This document shows, in pieces, positions 60,010 to 64,000 of a stretch of 64,000 nt of DNA (position 1 is the first letter of the stretch; each line of letters opens with the position of its first letter). Below the pieces are notes generated by a model that was not told the DNA's origin, made no database searches, and saw only the letters and a list, made by a program, of their open reading frames with translations. The stretch comes from Kiritimatiellia bacterium (GTDB taxonomy: Bacteria > Verrucomicrobiota > Kiritimatiellia > RFP12 > UBA1067): positions 160,001 through 224,000 of the forward strand of contig JBMNFY010000017.1 in the NCBI GenBank assembly GCA_050949565.1, given 5' to 3'. The position numbers and the translations under genes are program-made.

Positions 60010-62456
60010 CTCTGAGGCGGTGGATACAGATCGGATGGCTGGCCGCTCTAGCGGTCATAGCCATGCCGCGCCCAGCGCAGGCGTCGGTGTCTGACCTCGA
60101 CCACAATGACGACGGTGTCATCCGCATTGCCTGGCTCTCTACGCCGCAACAAGCTGGTGATATCGACGCCGCCGAAATCTGCTCGGATCTCGAGAGCATG
60201 CTTAAAGCCGCAAAACCCGGCAAGCCGGTGCGGGTCGCCCTCGTTCCGATCACACTCACCCGCACACTGATGGGCTGGTGGTACCATCCAGACGCCCAAA
60301 CCGAGCGCACGCAGCTTTTCAGCGGCGGATATGATGTGCTCGTGCTCGCGGAGCACGACGCGTGCGTCAGTGACTATCCCGAGTTTTTCTTTGAAGGCGT
60401 CCGCGCGATCAACGCGCAGGCGCGTACAGCCGGGCTGCGCACGGTGCTGGCCGTCATGAGCAAACCCGGTCTCTCATTTCGCGACAAGCGCCTGTCCGCC
60501 ATCGCTGAAACGGTCTACCGCGTGGGCGACGGTTGCAACGTGGAGGTGATCCCCGCTGCCTTTGCCTGGCACGAGACTCTGGCGCGCAACCGCCTGCCCG
60601 GCACCTCGCCAATACGCGCCCGTGCCTGCGCCTACCTGACCGCCGCCGCCGTCTATGTTCAACTCGCCAACGAGCGCGTCCCCAAGGGCGCGTTCGATAC
60701 CTACTGGACCACGCGGCGCACGACCGAGGTGCTGGCGCGCTCCGCACGCGATGCCGTCGCCAACGCGCGCACGACCCGCCACTACCGCGGCCCCTTCTCA
60801 GGTGTCGTGCGCATTGAGCCGCGCATCAAACAGCAGCTCAAGATCTACGTGCCCAACACCTTCTCCGATGATCCGCTGCGCCAGAATCTCCAATTCATTC
60901 TGGACGCCGCTTTTCAAGAGTGGTTTTGGAAGACCCCCTCCGAATGGTACACCGACGGCTTCGACCGCTATGCGTCGGCTTTTGATCTGGTGTACGGCGA
61001 TGTGCAGCAGATGAGCCTCTACGCCGACCCACAGCTTTACACATCGCTGAGTCTGCCCCCGACGAATCAGCCGCCGCCTTGTACGGCCGTCTTCAGTCGC
61101 ACACCGACAGAAGACCCCGACGGGCTCGCCACACTGCGCCGCCTTGAGACCATCTTGATCGAGGGCTACGATTTCGCCAAATCGCGCGGCATGGTCTATG
61201 TCCCCTACCCGCTCGCCTGGGCACGCGCGTACCGGGCCGACGCCGCGCTCGTCCGCCCGCCCCAGCCCGGACGCGTCAACGACTGGCTGACCTACATGCT
61301 CGCCAACATGCTGTACACCACGGTAACCGACCGCTTCCTGCCGCCTCCCGAAAAGGTGAAGCCGCAACACGCCAACACGGACCACCCGCGAGGCTGGCAC
61401 GACCTCTGTGCCCGCATCGGCTTCGACACCCTGCGCCAGCTCTCCACGCTACACGAACCGGTCAACGCCCTGCTCCTGAGCAGCGGCACCTATCGGATCG
61501 ACACCGACCGGCCCGGCTTTGTCAGTATCCGCCTGCTCGATCGCCCCGAGCGCGAGACCCGCGTCTTCTGCGCCACCGACCTCCCGGGCGTCGCCCAGCT
61601 CTCGCGCGAGTCGCTGGTCTTCACGCCGGACAACTACGACATCGAGCAGACCATCCGCATCCTGCCCGCCACCAACGCGCCTTCGCTTTTCTTCCACATC
61701 ATGGCCAGCGCCCAGTCCGAGGACAAGAGCATTGACGGCGCCAACGACCTGCGCCCCTTCCTGCTCAATCTCGACGATGATTCGCCGGGGTCGCTCGTCT
61801 TCGACCGAACGGTGGTCTCGCCCCGTACCGGCTACACCGTAATGCTGCGACCGACCACGCGCCCGTGTGAAATTGTGCGCGCACGCATCGCGCAAAACGG
61901 ACGCTTCACGCAAGAGGTCTATTTCTCGCCCGACCATGACAGTGGCAGTCCCGTGCAACTCGCGCCAACGGCCGACGACTATGCCAAAGGCACGTTGTCG
62001 GTCACCGTGACCACCACCTCGGACGATCGCCGGTTCCATGACAAGAGTGTGGCCGTCACGTTTCGTGTTTCAGCCGATGGCATCCGGCTCCCGAACGTGC
62101 GTGTCACCGCGCCCGTGACGAACAGCGTGATCGAAGGCCCCGCCTTCGTGACCGCGCGGGCCGAGGCCGATGCCTCTGTCGACATCGGTACCCTCGCGCT
62201 GTTTCTCGACCACAAACGCCTCGGCCTTTCCGCGACGCCTGTCTGCACGGCTGCCGTCGAAAAAGGCCCGCCGCAGTCGCGCCTCAGTGCTGGCAGCTAC
62301 ACGCTCTGGGCCGCCGCCACCACGACGAACGGCCTCGTGGTAGGATCCGCGCCCGTGACCTTCTCGGTGCGTGAACCCCTGACTCACGACACCCCCGCTG
62401 CCCGCGTCGCCGGCCCCGTGCCATCAACCCCCAACGATAACAAGGTGAATCCATGA
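60006..62456 (+). CDS. Hypothetical secreted protein (SGNH-like N-terminal part, Ig-like C-terminal domains)
   Basis: 816-aa ORF translationally coupled on both sides; signal peptide; LVFTPDNYDIEQTI and VTAP...GSYTLWA Ig-like segments. Confidence 0.65.
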   Translation: MTLRRWIQIGWLAALAVIAMPRPAQASVSDLDHNDDGVIRIAWLSTPQQAGDIDAAEICSDLESMLKAAKPGKPVRVALVPITLTRTLMGWWYHPDAQTERTQLFSGGYDVLVLAEHDACVSDYPEFFFEGVRAINAQARTAGLRTVLAVMSKPGLSFRDKRLSAIAETVYRVGDGCNVEVIPAAFAWHETLARNRLPGTSPIRARACAYLTAAAVYVQLANERVPKGAFDTYWTTRRTTEVLARSARDAVANARTTRHYRGPFSGVVRIEPRIKQQLKIYVPNTFSDDPLRQNLQFILDAAFQEWFWKTPSEWYTDGFDRYASAFDLVYGDVQQMSLYADPQLYTSLSLPPTNQPPPCTAVFSRTPTEDPDGLATLRRLETILIEGYDFAKSRGMVYVPYPLAWARAYRADAALVRPPQPGRVNDWLTYMLANMLYTTVTDRFLPPPEKVKPQHANTDHPRGWHDLCARIGFDTLRQLSTLHEPVNALLLSSGTYRIDTDRPGFVSIRLLDRPERETRVFCATDLPGVAQLSRESLVFTPDNYDIEQTIRILPATNAPSLFFHIMASAQSEDKSIDGANDLRPFLLNLDDDSPGSLVFDRTVVSPRTGYTVMLRPTTRPCEIVRARIAQNGRFTQEVYFSPDHDSGSPVQLAPTADDYAKGTLSVTVTTTSDDRRFHDKSVAVTFRVSADGIRLPNVRVTAPVTNSVIEGPAFVTARAEADASVDIGTLALFLDHKRLGLSATPVCTAAVEKGPPQSRLSAGSYTLWAAATTTNGLVVGSAPVTFSVREPLTHDTPAARVAGPVPSTPNDNKVNP

Positions 62457-63640
62457 TCGGTATTTCCAAGCTCTACATGGGACAAGTGGAAGCGTCGGAC
62501 CCGTTGCGCTACGGCCGCCACTCCGCCAAACTGCCCAGCCATCTGCTGCAATTTTCCGCCGACAAGAAGCCGGTGGTGGTCTGGAATGTCACCTCCGCCT
62601 GCAATCTGGCCTGCACCCATTGCTACGCCGCGACCAAGGGTACGCCTGATGAACTCGACACCAGCGAGGCGCTCGCCCTGATCGACGACCTCGCCGACTT
62701 CGGCTGCCCCGTCCTGCTCTTCTCGGGCGGCGAGCCTTTTATGCGTCCCGGCATTCTGGACCTCGCGCACCACGCCGTCAGCAAAGGCCTGCGCGTCGTC
62801 TTCTCGACGAACGGCACCTTGATCGATGACGCGCTCACCGAGCAGATCAAGGAGATCGGCGTCTCCTATGTCGGGATCAGCATCGACGGCAGCGAAGCCA
62901 CGCACGACCGTTTCCGCGCCTCTCCCGGCGCATACCGCCGCTCGCTGGCTGGCATCCGCGCCTGCCGCGAGGCCGGCATCAAGGTCGGCTTGCGCGTGAC
63001 CATGACCCGCGACAACATCGCCGACATCCCGGCGATCTTCGACCTGATGGAGGCCGAACACATCCCGCGCATCTGCCTCTACCACTTGGTCTACTGCGGT
63101 CGCGGCGCCGATATCACCTCGCGCGACCTTACGCCCGAGCAGCGCCGCGCCACGCTGGACCTGATCATCGACCGCACCGCGCAACTGCACGCGAACGGCT
63201 TCCCAGCGGAAGTGCTCACCGTGGACAACCACTGCGACGGCCCCTACCTCTATCTGCGCATGCAGCGCGAAGGCAATCCCCGCGCCGACGAAGTAATGGC
63301 GCTGCTGCGCATGAACGGCGGCAACAGCACCGGCCACGGCATCGGTTGCGTCAGTTGGGACGGCACCGTTTACCCCGATCAGTTCTGGCGCAACCAGCCG
63401 GTCGGCAACGTGCGGCAAACCCCCTTCAGCAAAATCTGGGGCGAGCCCGCGCCCGGCAGCCTGCTTGCGCAGTTACGCACCAAAAAAGAGCGCGTCACCG
63501 GACGCTGCGAGAACTGCCGCTTTCTCGATGTCTGCGGCGGCAACTTCCGCGCGCGCGCCGAAGCCGCCACCGGCGACATCTGGGGCGTCGATCCGGCCTG
63601 CTACTTGACCGACGAAGAAATCGCGCCGACCCGCTCATGA
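62453..63640 (+). CDS. ahbC: Radical SAM/SPASM Fe-coproporphyrin synthase AhbC
   Basis: MIGISKLY...LRYGR..KLPSHLLQFS.DKKPVVVWN, CNLACTHCY, TVDNH.DG, C-terminal CENC...CGGNFRARA...DPACYL. Confidence 0.9.
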   Translation: MIGISKLYMGQVEASDPLRYGRHSAKLPSHLLQFSADKKPVVVWNVTSACNLACTHCYAATKGTPDELDTSEALALIDDLADFGCPVLLFSGGEPFMRPGILDLAHHAVSKGLRVVFSTNGTLIDDALTEQIKEIGVSYVGISIDGSEATHDRFRASPGAYRRSLAGIRACREAGIKVGLRVTMTRDNIADIPAIFDLMEAEHIPRICLYHLVYCGRGADITSRDLTPEQRRATLDLIIDRTAQLHANGFPAEVLTVDNHCDGPYLYLRMQREGNPRADEVMALLRMNGGNSTGHGIGCVSWDGTVYPDQFWRNQPVGNVRQTPFSKIWGEPAPGSLLAQLRTKKERVTGRCENCRFLDVCGGNFRARAEAATGDIWGVDPACYLTDEEIAPTRS

Positions 63641-64000
63641 ACGCGCATCCCGCCCACCGTCCCGACACCGCCGACGCGTCCGCCGCCACGCCCCGGGTGA
63701 TCGCGTGGGAGGTCACGCGCCGCTGCCCGCTGGCCTGCCGCCACTGCCGCGCCGGTGCCCAAGACCGTGCCTACGACCACGAACTGACGACCGACGAGTG
63801 CCTGCGCGTACTGGACTCCCTCGCCGCGTTCGGTCGGCCGATGATCATCTGGACCGGCGGGGAACCGATGGCGCGACCCGACATCCTCGACCTCGTCCGC
63901 GCCGCCACAGCACACGGTCTGCGTTCGGTCATGGCGCCGTGCGGCACGCTGGTCACCCGCGACCGGCTGCTGGCGCTCCAAGACGCCGGTGTCATGGCGT
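63637..64000 (+). CDS. ahbD: Radical SAM heme synthase AhbD-like (partial)
   Basis: Manual translation ...VIAWEVTRRCPLACRHCRA...ELTTDE...WTGGEPM; ATGA overlap with ahbC; runs off the window. Confidence 0.75.
   Translation, partial: MNAHPAHRPDTADASAATPRVIAWEVTRRCPLACRHCRAGAQDRAYDHELTTDECLRVLDSLAAFGRPMIIWTGGEPMARPDILDLVRAATAHGLRSVMAPCGTLVTRDRLLALQDAGVMA

Noticed and set aside
1-64000. tRNA/rRNA genes, prophage, integrase or known defence systems
   Set aside because: None recognised by eye; tRNAscan, Infernal and DefenseFinder would be needed to exclude them formally.

Overview
GC-rich bacterial chromosomal segment from the PVC superphylum. It encodes the PVC signature small basic protein at 57514-57669, and the gene content suggests an anaerobic, polysaccharide-degrading Kiritimatiellae/Lentisphaerae-like organism (inference). 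There are about 45 protein genes. Housekeeping genes: serC, folE, ilvD, efpL, mutM, holA, mlaEFD, cobO, ahbC/ahbD. Carbohydrate genes: GH2-like, GH78, GH16, DUF4838, isomerases, two glycosyltransferases. Others include two giant beta-strand-repeat surface proteins, an orphan sensor kinase and a PTS-IIA/secretin/HlyD-like operon. No rRNA, tRNA or CRISPR array was seen. Best leads: (1) an HUH/Y1 REP-associated tyrosine transposase fused to a DprA/SLOG-like domain, flanked by two GTRG-hairpin REPs, in a window full of composite intergenic repeat hubs; (2) a shared C-terminal G-[TS]-x-L-F-[VL]-R-stop motif on both giant secreted proteins, which lack an autotransporter barrel, so the motif is a candidate sorting signal; (3) a minimal secretin paired with a periplasmic adaptor; (4) an RpiB with a Tat-type leader; (5) a GH2 lacking its catalytic motifs; (6) a duplicated promoter. 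Three genes are frameshifted, probably by sequencing error. All family calls come from motif recognition by eye, not from database searches.
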